Positions 50,097-62,230 of a DNA stretch of 64,000 nucleotides are shown in pieces. Position 1 is the stretch's first letter, and each line of letters starts with the position of its first letter. The position numbers and the translations under genes were made by a program. Source of the DNA: Lama guanicoe (lineage: Eukaryota); assembly GCA_013239625.1 (NCBI GenBank), contig MU056050.1, positions 1,846,084-1,910,083 on the forward strand, given 5' to 3'. The notes under the pieces are model-generated. The model did no database searches, had not been told where the DNA came from, and was given only the letters and a program-made list of their open reading frames with translations.

Positions 50097-50682
50097 TATT
50101 TATTTATTTATTTAAAGTATAGCTTACTTGCAATATTATATTAGTTTTAGGTATACAACATAGTAATTTGATATTTTTATAGATTATACTCTACATAAGT
50201 TTAACATAAAATACTAGCCATTTTCACTGTGTTGTACATTACATCCTTGTAACTTACCTATTTTATACCTAGCAGTTAGTATTTCTTAATCCTTTTCACC
50301 CATTTTGCCCTTCCCCAACCCCTCTACCCTCTGGAAACCACCACTTTGTTCTCTGTATCTGTGAGTCTGTTTTGTTTTGTTATATTCATTTGATTTTTTT
50401 TTGGTTACACATAGAGGTGAAAATATACAGTATCTGTCTTTCTCTGCTTGACTTATTTCACTAAGCATAATACCCTCTAGGTCCATTTACGTTGTTGCAA
50501 ATGGCAAAATTTCATTCTATTTTACAGCTGAATAATATTCCATTACATATATATACCACATCTTCTACATCTATTCATATGTTGATGGACACTTAGGCTG
50601 CTTCCACAACTTGGCTATTGTAAATAATGTTGCTATGAACATTGAGGTGCTTATATCTTCTCAAATTAGTGTTTTTGGTGTC
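50097..50682 (-). mobile_element. L1 3' end (L1MA9-like)
   Basis: aaagtatagcttacttgcaatattatattagttttaggtatacaacatag...gttgatggacacttaggctgcttcc...gctatgaacattgaggtgc. Confidence 0.9.
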
Positions 50683-50940
50683 TTGAAGCATGTTTTAGAT
50701 ATCCAAATGTAGGAGTGGTAAGTTATGGTATAAATTTGTGTATCATTCATCACACTGTATGAATTCTCCTAAGTGGTATGCATAGATTCAGAAGAGGGTA
50801 GAAGTTTAGTCCTGAAAATACTCCAGTCATTAGAGTTTAGAAAGAGGAGGAGAATTCAATAAGAAGTACTAGGAAGGTGGAAAATCAAGAAAGTGTAGAA
50901 TGCCAAGAACCAACTAAAGAATGTTGTTTCAAAAGGAAAG

Positions 50941-51348
50941 AATTACATGTGGCCATGTTAAAGCTACACTCAGATCTGCCTTGCAGGGGTATAACAGATC
51001 AGCAACCCCAGCTTCCATCTTTCTTTATCTACCATGCAATTTGTGTTGAGGCCATGCTTCCTTTGTACACTTGCCAGCCAATGACTGAGCAGTGTAGAGT
51101 TCTACCGTAGTATGTGGAACTCTTCCAAGTGGGCAACTGTGGTTCAGTGACTCCTCTGAGCCTCTTCCTACTTTATAATTTTTTCTTTCTCCCTTTTCAC
51201 AGGTATCTGACCTACATCCCAGACTGAAGCTTTCCCTACATTCTCCTGCTCCCTCTCTTTGATCATTCATAGATATTGCCCTCAATAATACTCTTATAAC
51301 TTTAATCACATTTTGGCATATGCTCCTCCAAGGACTCAAATTGACACA
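50941..51348 (+). mobile_element. LTR16-like (ERVL) solo LTR
   Basis: ccagccaatgactgagc...cttttcacaggtatctgacct...ccctcaataa...ggactcaaattgacaca; possible gaaag TSD. Confidence 0.65.
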
Positions 51349-52679
51349 GAAAGATTAACTGTATCAATGACATTGAGAGGCAAGTTAAGATGAGGAAAGA
51401 TATTTGACCACTGGGTTAAACAAGATAAAGGTCATTCACGATGTTAACAGAAGCCATTTTAGTTAAAGGGTGAGAATAAGAGTCTGATTGGAGTTTGTTC
51501 AAAAAAGAATGGGAGATAGAGACATTAAGTACAAATGTCTATTTTTAGGATTTTTTATTACAAAAGAAAGCAGAGAAGTGGGGTGGACAACTGGAGAATG
51601 ATGTAGGGTCAATGAAGGAATTTTTTAAGATGAAGAAAATAACATGCTTGTACATTGATGATAATGATTCTTGAGAAGGAGAAATTTGATTTAGGAAAAT
51701 AAAGAGAAGATAACTGCTGGAGCAAAGTAGTTGAAAACGTGAGAGGCTGAGAGGAGATGAGATCCAGTACGTATGCAAAAGAATGGCCTTAGATGAGACC
51801 AGGGACAGTTTATCTATTCTAAGAAGACAGCAGAGATGAGTTGGTAGATAAAGAGGTGGGAAGATGAAATATCTTCATTCCGATTGCTTCTATTTTCTCA
51901 GTGGAATAAGATTATCAGTTCAGGCTGAATAGTAAAGGAGCTGTTGGAGGTTTCTAAGGGGAACAGGTGAAAATATTTTCTGGGAAAATGGGAGCACAAA
52001 TTTTCTTGAGAATTATGTTAGGACAGTGAGACTTATAGGTTTAAAGTTAATCCAGTAGGAAAAGTTGTGATTTTTTTGCAGTCAGGTTTGACTGCTTAGG
52101 TGCAGAATTTGAGTTGGTGCAGTGTTAGACTGAACTACGGTTAAGGTTTTCCTTAACCCTAGTATGACAAAAGTAGAGAGAAACAAAGTAGTTCAGTATT
52201 TTGCAAAGGCTGAGATTATAGTGATAGACCACGGAATCTAAGTTCGGTAAGGAAGAAATGAGGGTATGAAGTAAATCATGGACAGTAGAATAAGTTGAGG
52301 AGTCACTGGATTGGAGATCCCAAAGCACTTGAAGAATCATTGAGTTAAAGCTACCAGATTAAGTAAACTAGAGAGACAGTAGATGGTGTTCAGAAAGTTC
52401 TTCTAGGTTTCTGGGGAGGAAGGCAGTTTATTAGTAATTACAAGGTCCAAACAATGACCATCGAAAGTCTTGGATAAGGTGGGGTGAATGTCAAGATAAC
52501 TCAAAGAGAAGATGTGAAGGAACAGAGAAGCCAGAGAGCTGGAAAGAAATCTCCATGGACACTCCAGTCATCAAGAAAGGAAAAGAGATGGAGAGAAAGC
52601 AATGTGTCAAAAGCTAAAATTTCCAGTGAATAATGGGTAATAACCAGTAATTCAGTAGATGACTAACAAGGAGTAGTTG

Positions 52680-53195
52680 TGCAAAACCCATTAACAATTC
52701 CTGGGAAGTAAAAATAGAAATCTGAGTAATAAAGTCTAACCCTTTTTTTGTACGTGTGCTTAGTCTAGTTTCAATTCCTTATACGGTGCCGTGTGCAGAG
52801 GCCTTGCACCTGGCACCTCAGATCAGAGTTCCTAGTGCGAAAGGGCCATACCTGATGCCTCAGCTCAGCAGTCAGAAGCACTGCACACAACACTGCAATC
52901 CAAATGGCGGTAGCAGGCCATGTGCAGAGATGCTAACCCAAGCCTTGAGCAGCGCAGCTGTGCACCTCATGCAAGAACTCCACCTGCCTCCACAGAAAAG
53001 AACCCTACAAAGCAGCCTTGTCAATGGCCTGTGGGGGAAAGCATGGACTCCAGGTTGCAAATTCACATGTCTCCATTCTTTGATCAAAGAATAAAACTTC
53101 CCTTTGCTTCTGAACTGAACTGTCTCTTTCTATTGGTGCAAGTGACACCAAGCAGGAGTACTCTTGTTGGGGCCTGACGGAAAGGGTTGGTAACA
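52680..53195 (+). mobile_element. ERV1-class solo LTR, 516 bp
   Basis: TG...CA termini; perfect 4-bp TSD gttg (52676-52679, 53196-53199); AATAAA at 53090; higher GC/CpG than flanks. Confidence 0.85.
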
Positions 53196-53593
53196 GTTGG
53201 TCTAATGGCCAGAGCGTCAACAGAGATTAGGTTTTTGAAAGAGGAGGGAGGAGAAACCTGAAGACTGTGGGATGTATGAGAGGGGAAAAAAAGCAGTTCC
53301 ACTTGTAAGGGGTTCAGAGCAGTTATACCATCAAGGAAAGTCAGGTTTCAGTTAGGACAAAAATGAAAAGGGTGTTCACAGACATAGCTACAAACATTAT
53401 TGATATTGCTGATAGCAGACCATGAGTTGCAAATAATGCATTGGAATGGTTGAGGGGATCAAGAAGGAGTGTGATATTGGGTCTAATTAAGGGAATCTAG
53501 GAAATGAAGGATTATCTGGGGCTTGGCTCTCTGAGAGTGACTAAGGTAAACAAATATACAAGGTATGAAAGGATTAGTCCTGGGATTGGGGCT

Positions 53594-53891
53594 TGTTTTA
53601 GTCCTTCTGGGTTGCTATAACAGAATATCATGGACTGGATGGTTTAAACAACATTTACTTCTCAGAGTTCTGGAGGCTGGGGAGTCTAAGATCAAGGCAC
53701 TGGCAGATTTGGCATCTGATGAGGACCCTCTTCCTGGGTCACAGATGGCCATCTTCTCACTGGGTGCTCACATGGCAGAAAGGGTGAGGAAGTTCTCTAG
53801 AGTCTCTTTACAAGGGCACCTCCACATACTATCACATTGGAGATTTGGTTTCAACATATGAATTTTGGAGGGATACACTCAGTCCATAGTA
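53594..53891 (-). mobile_element. MLT1A-like (MaLR) solo LTR
   Basis: gttgctataacagaatatcat...agttctggaggctggggagtctaagatcaaggc...tttcaacatatgaattttggaggga; TSD gggct/ggtct. Confidence 0.9.
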
Positions 53892-54012
53892 GGTCTCTTA
53901 GGGGAAGGTAGGAATTCAATCTAATTATAGCTTTTTTCTAGGGGATAGTCTCCTAGGCAATTTGTAGTGGTGAGATTGACAGTGTTGAAGGAATTTACTA
54001 CATTAAGCACAA

Positions 54013-54087
54013 ATATATACATATATATACACACATACACATATATACATATACACACACGTATATACACATACATATATATATATA

Positions 54088-54137
<50 letters not shown>

Positions 54138-54146
54138 CACACACAC
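54013..54146. repeat. Compound (TA/CA)n-(GT)22 microsatellite
   Basis: Directly visible; pure (GT) from 54091 to 54134. Confidence 0.95.
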
Positions 54147-54454
54147 TTACACATCACCCTTAATCCTACAGTGGGTAATGTTGCCACCTTGAGAGGAGTG
54201 GGCTTTTCTGCAGCACATGTTACCTGGATCCTCCTTTAAATCCAGTTCTGGAAAGAGGGAGTGGTCTTATCAAGAGCACGTGGAGTTCTGAAAACCTAGT
54301 TTAAATCTAAAAGCCCTTGGGGGACTTTTCAAAATAAATTTTATAAACTTCATAGAGGACTCCTTTACAGACTTCAGTAGCAATGTGGAAAGGAGCTTAC
54401 CAGGAGCTGTTTGGACTGCTCTTAAATCCATTCAGGTGTTTAAGGTATTACAGT

Positions 54455-54559
54455 GAGAGAGGGGACTGCGTAAGACAACAAGAGTAGAAAGACCATGAGC
54501 TCACCTCCTCTCATGGGCTCACCAAAATCACAACTATTTGCAGAACAACCATCAACGAA
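54455..54559 (+). mobile_element. Isolated L1 5'-terminal fragment with perfect 14-bp TSD and no poly(A)
   Basis: gagagaggggac...gagctcacctcctctcatgggctcaccaaaatcacaactatttgcagaacaaccatc resembles a eutherian L1 5'UTR start; taaggtattacagt on both sides. Confidence 0.75.
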
Positions 54560-54573
54560 TAAGGTATTACAGT

Positions 54574-54720
54574 AAAAAAAAAAGTCACATGAAATAAGTT
54601 TGGGAACTGCTAGGTTCAACAAGGTTAAACAGGTTTCTTTTCTGCAGACCACAGCAGAAATTTTAATATAGTAATGAGCAATGTGAATTGCCTGAAAGGG
54701 AGATAGAATATGCAGGTAAA
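54574..54720. mobile_element. Charlie4-like hAT DNA transposon fragment
   Basis: aaataagtttgggaactgctaggttcaacaaggttaaacaggtttctt...tttaatatagtaatgagcaatgtgaat. Confidence 0.55.
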
Positions 54721-55755
54721 CAGGGATGTAAGCCATGAAGAGATTGGTCCTCCAGAATCACCAACCTGACCCACGTTTAGAGAAAAGGAAGGGACAGCCT
54801 TGGACTCTACTCATGTGTTCAAGAGAGAAGATGGGGGTCTATGTATAGACTTGTGCTACCAAAAATACATAAATAAATGGGACTTTTGTCAATTCAATCC
54901 TATTTTCCATTGGTCTGCACAAACATTTAGAGTTATTTTCTCTTTTCAGGACTTTCAAAGGATAGTGACTCCCACCACTTTAGTTTTTAGCTTGGTTTCC
55001 AGCAGTGAAGCATTAAACAAACACCAAAATGCATTTGGAAAGATACGGACTTAAAGGGATTGTTTTTGTTTGTGAATTACTTTGTAAAATGAATAATCTT
55101 TTTAACTTGTAAAATAAATAACTCTCCTTAATTCATGTGGTATATATTTAAAACCATAATCAGAATTTACAGGAATAACAATTAGTCTGGTACAAAATTA
55201 CAGAGAGGAAAAAATACTGACTGCCTACCACTGTCAACTTTGCTCATTTACAACTCCTACCAATCTGACCTATTCTTTAGACTGAAGTCATCAAGAAAGG
55301 TTGATGTTCTATAGTTATACAACATACTGTAATGAGGCTTCTACAATTTAAAAAAATAATTAAAATCACCATCATAGCCAGTTGGTTTGTGTCTTCAAGC
55401 TTCATTTTATATAGTACAAAGAAATAATTATATTTGGAGAATAAATGACGTGTCACTTTAAGATACCATTTTCTTTCTATCCTTTCCATGAAACAATGGC
55501 ATAAAATATACGTTGTATATTTAACATGTATTCCCTAAAGAGAGACGGAGCTCCATCTCTTTAATTACGGCTTTAATTGATGTCCTGTATCTGGTAGGCG
55601 GAATGGAAAGAAAAATTCTATTTGCTTGTTGTAGCTCCATCTCTAGTCCATTAGACCTCAGTAACCTTCTGATTCTTGTTTAATGGAAGAGTTAAGTACA
55701 GTGGATAACACATAGCTGGCATATCTGAATTTTTTGCTGTTCTAAGCAAAAACAT

Positions 55756-55783
55756 TATATATATGTGTGTGTGTGTGTGTGTA
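55756..55783. repeat. (TA)n(TG)n microsatellite
   Basis: Directly visible. Confidence 0.9.
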
Positions 55784-56509
55784 TGCTTAGAGTTTAATAA
55801 TTAGCTTAAGTAGTAATAACAAAACAAAGCTATTTTAGACAAAATTCTGAAAAAAACAGGAAATCTTTTTGTTGAAATATTTCAGTTTTCAAACACTAAT
55901 AACCAAAAACTTATTTTAGATTCTGTGTCATTTATGAATATCTTTTTAAAACATGCTGCCCACTTTCCTGTCAGAAGAAATCCAGTATAGAAACCACTCG
56001 AAACATGTGGCTGATGACTGGTTTATTTTAGGGACTCAGGGCCATCAATCTGTCAAAGCCTGGTATGGAAACTAAGAAAAGAGAAAGGGATCACATGTAT
56101 CTTGTTTCAGGGGTTGTGGTAGGCACTTTATATACTTTATCTCATTGGAAGACCACAGCCACTCTATGAATTAGGAGAAATTAAGTGACTTAGTAGAGGC
56201 AGAGGCAGAATGCAATCCCAGGAATAGTTTACACTAGTTGAATATACACTTGTTCTAGAACATTCTCCAAGAAGTTGCTTTTTTTTTTTAACAAAATCCT
56301 AAATATAAGTTTATCTTCCAATAATTTATCTCCCTTTCTGAAAATCAAAATGTAGTGGGGGGAAAAAAGGAGAATGAATCCTTGCTTAATTGAGGGCCCT
56401 TGTTACCTGAATTCTATTTAAACAAGATTTTACTAAATTTTAAGGACCAAATGAAGCATAAACACCAAATGAAACAACAGAATGCATACATTTGAAGAAT
56501 GTAATACAC

Positions 56510-57215
56510 AGAACATTTATTTAGAATCCAATGTGTGCTGGGAACTGTGCTAAGCACTCTATATGTAGTACCTATCAGGGTCCAAGTAGGAAACAGATGG
56601 CCCACTCAAATGGGATAATTAAGAGTTTAATGAAGAGACTATTTGCAAAAGGGTGATCAAGGTTAAAGGATGATGCAGTGCTTCAGGGATAGCAATAGCC
56701 GCAAACCCTTTATCACCTTTGCTGAAGGGACAAGGTGGGGAGGGCATTTACTGGGAGCCAGAAAATATTAGAGCTGTCACTATAGCTCCAGGAGAGGGCC
56801 ATCTGACAGGAGCTGTGACTTTAGGCAGAAGAACACAGCCATGGCCAACTCATGACAAATCATCAGAGAGGAAATGGGAATATATACTCACACTCTCCTC
56901 CTGACCTCTGACCTCCTGCTGGCTGAACCCAACCAGAAGCTGGAAGGCAAGGGAGCCCCTTGACAAAAACACTATAAGCCAGCCTCTTAGGACATAGAGC
57001 AAGGAAGAGCAGGAATTGGGAGCGGAAATGGGAGACTATTCAGCACATGTGTCTGAATCTCTACAACACTGGTACAAGGTAGGGCTACTATAATCTTCAC
57101 TTTACAGATGAATAAATGCTGAGGTTTAGAGAGATTTATTTGCCAAAGATCCTAATGCCGGTAAGTGGAGCCAAGACTCATACAGTCTGTCTGAATCCAG
57201 AGCTCTTAACCACCT
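56510..57215 (-). mobile_element. MIR SINE split by an ERVL-class LTR (LTR33-like, ~56565-57047)
   Basis: MIR: acatttatttag...tgtgctaagcact / actttacagatgaataaatgctgaggtttagagag. LTR: tcagggtccaagtaggaaacagatggcccactcaaa...tggctgaacccaaccagaagctggaaggcaagggagcc. Confidence 0.7.
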
Positions 57216-57224
57216 CCCTAACCA

Positions 57225-57560
57225 CCCAGCAGAATCACCCGTGGAGCACTGTAGAATTGCATCACCCAGGGCCACACCAAAAAGTTACTAAATCAAAATC
57301 TCCTGGGGAACCCTGGAATGCGTATTTTTTAAAGTTGCACAAATAACTCTTATATATAACAGGGCTGAGAAACACTAGCTTTTATTATACATTTCCTCAA
57401 ACATGACTGGGTAAGTCATTTAACCTCTTTGAGCCTGTTATATCACCTGCAAACTGTGGATAAAATACTAGCATTATAGATACACTGTCACAATGAAATA
57501 GGGTAATATATATAAAACACCTAACACAGTTTCTGACTCATGGATGGTGCTCAATAACAT
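57225..57560. mobile_element. MER5-like DNA transposon (~57225-57378) followed by a plus-strand MIR (~57400-57560)
   Basis: cagaatcacccgtggagc...actaaatcaaaatctcctgggg...gggctgagaaacact; tgactgggtaagtcatttaacctctttgagcct. Confidence 0.65.
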
Positions 57561-57899
57561 GTCTGTTCCCTTGGCTGAAGCCTGCCTTCAAAATAACTGG
57601 CCCAATCACCCAAAGACACTATGGTTTTACATATAGTATTTACAAGTGCTAAATATTTCAAAATATTGATCTCTGACTCCAAGAAAGTACAGGATAACCC
57701 TCATCCAGCACCAACTAGTCACAAATCACTGTATTTATGTTAAACCCAGAATAATGAAAATGCACAAAACACCTAAGAAGTGAAATAGGAACAGGTAAGA
57801 ACATTAAAAGTGCTAGTGACCTTATAAATCATGTATGATTTTACAAAATAATATTTTCTTTGCTCCATCGAAGTAATGTCTTCAACAATAAAACATGCC

Positions 57900-58220
57900 T
57901 TCAATTTCTCTTCTCTCTCTCAATATCACCCTATGTATGTGGCTGTAACTATCACTTTTATACTGATGGTTCATACATCTATAAATTCAATCTTGAACTC
58001 TCTTCTGAGTCCTAGTCTCAAATATTCAAATGCCTACTAGACATATCTACTAGGATATTCCACAAACACCTCCTACACATGTCCACTTAACTGAAAAAAA
58101 ACAAACTAAACTCACAACCACACCTCCTCTACTCCCTTTGGTAACAGCACCCACTCAAGCTAGAAATCTGCTTGACATATCTTCCGTTCAAGTGGTTACC
58201 AAATCCTATCAATCCTTTTG
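57900..58220 (+). mobile_element. L2 fragment
   Basis: atgcctactagacatatctactaggatattccacaaacacctc...cactcaagctagaaatctg. Confidence 0.6.
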
Positions 58221-58259
58221 CTACACTATAATTTATTAAATTTTTTATCTATTATTTGT

Positions 58260-59640
58260 TATTCCTTCTCTACTTAATATTTAGGTTTTCCCAATTTTTT
58301 GTTCACAAAAATGATACTGCCGTAGATACTCTTTTACATGTTTCTTTGCTTTTTAAAAAGTCATAAAATCATGATCTTATTTTTTAATTCAGTTTTTTAA
58401 GTAAGACATTAACATGGCTCAAAAGTCCCTTCCACTCCATCCATCAACCACCCAGCAACCACTTCACCCATATCCCTAGATAGTTACTCTTAGTAATTAC
58501 TTGTATATTCTTCCAGAGTGTTTTTATGTATTTAAAAAGGAATATGGATATATATTATTACACCTCCCTTTTTATACAAAAGATGGTATTCTTTTTAATG
58601 TTAAATTTTATTTTAAATTAAATAATGTATTATCAAAGTTTTATATGAGCCAAGCATGAGAAGCTGATTCAAGAGAATGGAAACCTAGAGATGAGTAAAG
58701 AAAAATGAATAAAAGATAGATATGACTGGGCCAATTTCATCAGCTCTTGTTAAGTGAATTTAAATATCTTTTATCATCCACATTGAAAGGCTTTACAGAC
58801 CTTTTCAGGTAAAAACTAGTTAATGGCCTTAACATTTGATAGGAATATGTATGGGATTTTTATTAGATTAATTTTCTACAATTTATGATTGAAAAAGGTA
58901 AAAGCAGTGCAGGACCACCTAAATCTACATTGTTACACACTACTGCCATGTACACTGATTGGTAATATCACTTAATTATGCTCGTTAAAATGTTTTGTGG
59001 GAAAATGGTAGCCCAGGGAGACAGAGAACTAAAGACAACCTTCAGTTAATGCAGGAGTCACTTTGCTCATTAACTATGGAATATCCTATCTACAAAGGAA
59101 AAAAGCAAACTGCAACAACTTTAAGGGAAAGTCATTCAGTAAATGTGTCAAAAGCCTTTAAAATGATGTGCATAGCTTTTAACCTAGTAAACTCATTCCT
59201 AAGGATATAAACCAAAGTATAAAAAAGGTTGATAGAAATTATTTTATAAGGGAAAGATTTGGAAACAAATTTCTATTAATGAATTAATACATTCTGATAT
59301 ATCTCTAAATAGAATATTATTTAGTCATTAAAAATAGTGTCTACAAAAATAAACATGGAGAGCTCAGCAAATGATTTTAGTGATAAAAGCAGATGCTTTA
59401 GAGAATCACATTCTCATGGCTGACTCATGAAGAATGCTGCCAAGTGCACATATGTTGACCCCAATTTTATGATAAACACAGGAAAATTAATAGGAAGAAA
59501 TACAAACAATAAATTGGTTATTCCTAGATGTTAGTATTATGGGAAATTTTTATTTAAATCATTTATACTGTTAGATTTTTTCCAATTTTTACAAAAAGCA
59601 TGTATTATTATACAATCATAATAAAGTTATTTTTAAGTAT
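58260..59640. mobile_element. Ancient L1ME-type fragments (minus ~58260-58620; plus ~59100-59640)
   Basis: tttaggttttcccaatttttt; ttacttgtatattcttccaga; ttttaacctagtaaactcattcctaagga...gaatattatttagtcattaaaaa. Confidence 0.55.
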
Positions 59641-59879
59641 GAATTACATGCTCCTAGGTGGAAGTACTTTGCAATAGTCAACTAAAAAATAAAAGACTTC
59701 CACTTCTAGCTATTAATGGACTAGTTTGTAGCAGATCAATCATCCATCCCAGAACAACTAGGAAGGTTGCTTCTCTTCTGCATTTGGCATTCTCGACCAA
59801 TCACTTGATTCTTCACTGCCTTCTGTTCGTTCTTTCGATTCTACTTTTACCTTGATTACTGCCCCTTGGCTGTTTCCCT

Positions 59880-60872
59880 TCCCCAAGGTTTAGCTCATCT
59901 CTCTCTGTATATTCTCTCTCTTAAAAAGTTTTCCCACTCCCTTGGCTTAGTTATCACTTTTATGAAGATCAGTATCATCCTTATCTCTAAGTCCAACCAT
60001 TCCATTAAGCTCTAAAATTATGTATCTCCCTAATCTACTGGACATCTCTACCTGGATTTTGTATAAACTTCAAACTAAACAAATTAAACTCACTATTTCT
60101 TCCACCAGCCTAATAATTTCTTATTTATGTTGAGAGTACCATATGTCACCTAGACTTAAAATCTCAACAATTGTGGATTCTTCATTACATTTCTCTCCAG
60201 TATCGAGTCAGTTGCCTCAACCTGTCAGTTGGCTATTTACATATAATTTTTCTTTTTGCATTCCCTTCCCTGGCATTTTCAATGTCATCTCTGTAGTTTA
60301 GGCCCCAGCCTCTCATGGCCAGACTGCTTCAGACTCCTAGTGAAACTGCCTGCCTCCAGAATCTCCTCCCTAAATCATCCAGCAAATGCCCACTTGTTTA
60401 ATCTTATTATAACTCCATTCAAGCTTTATATACCTCTCAACCAAGTACAAATTAAAAGGTAAACTACTTTACTTGGCTTTTAAGTTTCCTGTAGTGGAGC
60501 CTTGATTACCTTTCTAGTCTTATTTTCATCAATCCCCAACATGAATCATAAGCTCCAATCAAAAATTCCTACTTACTGTTTACCCAAATGCCTGTGCCTT
60601 GTTGTTTCTATGACTTTGATTATGGTATTCTCTCTATCTAAGCTCTCTTTCCCCTTTGATAACTAAACTATGAGGTCTAGGTCAGGCTCTCTTCCCTGAC
60701 ACATCATTTATATTGCCCATGTGGCATCTATCTTATACTGCATTGTTCTGTATTTATATAAGTGCATATCTAATATAGCCACACTAAGCCGTAAGTTCTT
60801 TGAGCTTATGATGACCTAACCAAGTATCTAGCATAGGGTAGGACTTTAAGACATATGTATTGAATGAATGAA
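59880..60872 (+). mobile_element. L2 LINE with 3' end
   Basis: ctactggacatctctacctggat...ctgcctccagaatctcc...tatctagcatagggtagg...tattgaatgaatgaa. Confidence 0.7.
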
Positions 60873-61084
60873 GTCATCTACTAAAAGCCAATATAGGTGG
60901 TTTTAATATAGAAAAATCCCTGTAACAAAATACAACTTTTATGGGGAAATTTACCTGGCCAAGTAAGCCACTTGTTCAATCTTTATCAAAGTATTAATTT
61001 AATGTCATATGATCTGATCCCCTAAACTTTTTAGGGAATTTGGCAAGAATTCTATCTGATAATTTGTAGAGATTTGGGGGAGCG

Positions 61085-61128
61085 CTCTCTCTCTCTCTCT
61101 CTTTCTCTGCTCTAAATATATATATATA
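61085..61128. repeat. (CT)n...(TA)n simple repeat
   Basis: Directly visible. Confidence 0.85.
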
Positions 61129-61299
61129 GCATTTTATTTCAAGATGGTGTACTGATCCACAAAGCAAATTTGCTGTGCATATTGCTACTTTCTAGTCTTG
61201 CTCTTCAATTAGAGATATAAATTACAGTGGTTTTCTGGTCACAGTCCACTTCTGAGAAGAAACGCCCTCTTAGAACTGCCCCCAGACCATGTGACATTG

Positions 61300-62230
61300 T
61301 TCTTTCACATTATCACCACCTGAACCATGGCTGATTAGACCAGGTCAACACCTGACCCCAAACAAACCAATTCACTGGCTTTCCACAGACTAATCAGAAA
61401 TTTTCCTATGTCAAGAATTTGAATCAAGAGACACAAAGATGATAGTTGGTGATATGCACTGGACCTGTAAGGTTAGGCAGACAAAGGTCTGGCAGTGCCA
61501 CTGGGCAGTATACAAGCTGGGAACTGGGTTGCAGGGAGGGAGGGGGAAGAAACAGAAATGAAAGAGACAGTGTAGCCCTTGTTTTCAATATCTATTTGCC
61601 ACAATATGGCTGCATAATAAACAACCAGAAAATATTAGTAGCATATGACAATAAACATCTATTTTTGCTCTTTAGTCTCTGTGTCAGCTAGGCAATTCTT
61701 TTGATCCAACCTAGGCTCCATGGGATCACTCATACATCTGTGGCCAACTGTGCATTGGCTGGGTAGTTTTGCTAATATTAGCTAGACTTTCACATGTGTT
61801 TAGAGCTTCAGCTAGGACAACTGAGCTGACATGGCTCTGCTCCATGTGTATCACTGTCCCACAGGCTATCCTGGGCATGTTCTCATGGCAAAGCCAGAGG
61901 AGTAAGGCAGGAATTGTATGGACATTTTTTAAGTCTCTGCTTACATCATATATGCTGATATCCCATTGGGCAATGGAAGTCAAATGGCCGAGCAAGTCAG
62001 AGTGGGAGGAGGTTTCAAAGTTACAGGGCACTGGATGAGGCTAGAGGAAGAAAATTAATTAGAACCATAATACAATCAATATTCCATGGTCCCTGAGAAA
62101 AAGAGAATGGCTTTGGCTTAGCATCTTCCCAACTCCACTTCTCAAGAATTGTGACTGTACTCTGGTTCCTAGATCTGTAACACTGGCTATAGTGTCCTTA
62201 TAACAAATCCTCTTTACCTGAACTTTCTTT
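61300..62230. mobile_element. Nested MaLR LTRs: minus-strand MLT1H/I-like (~61585-62070) inside an older plus-strand MLT1-like LTR
   Basis: gctgcataataaacaacc...aataaacatctattt...ctgggcatgttctcatggca...cccattgggcaatggaagtcaaatggcc; outer ggctgattagaccagg...cacctgacc. Confidence 0.6.

Larger units (their letters stand above)
49770..53590 (-). mobile_element. Long L2 remnant extending into its ORF region, interrupted by L1 and two LTRs
   Basis: Colinear L2 antisense motifs: gacagaatttggtgatgaattaaatgt, ttggatatgttaagtttgagg, aaggtcattc, gattgcttctattttctcagtg, ggtttcagtta. Confidence 0.7.
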
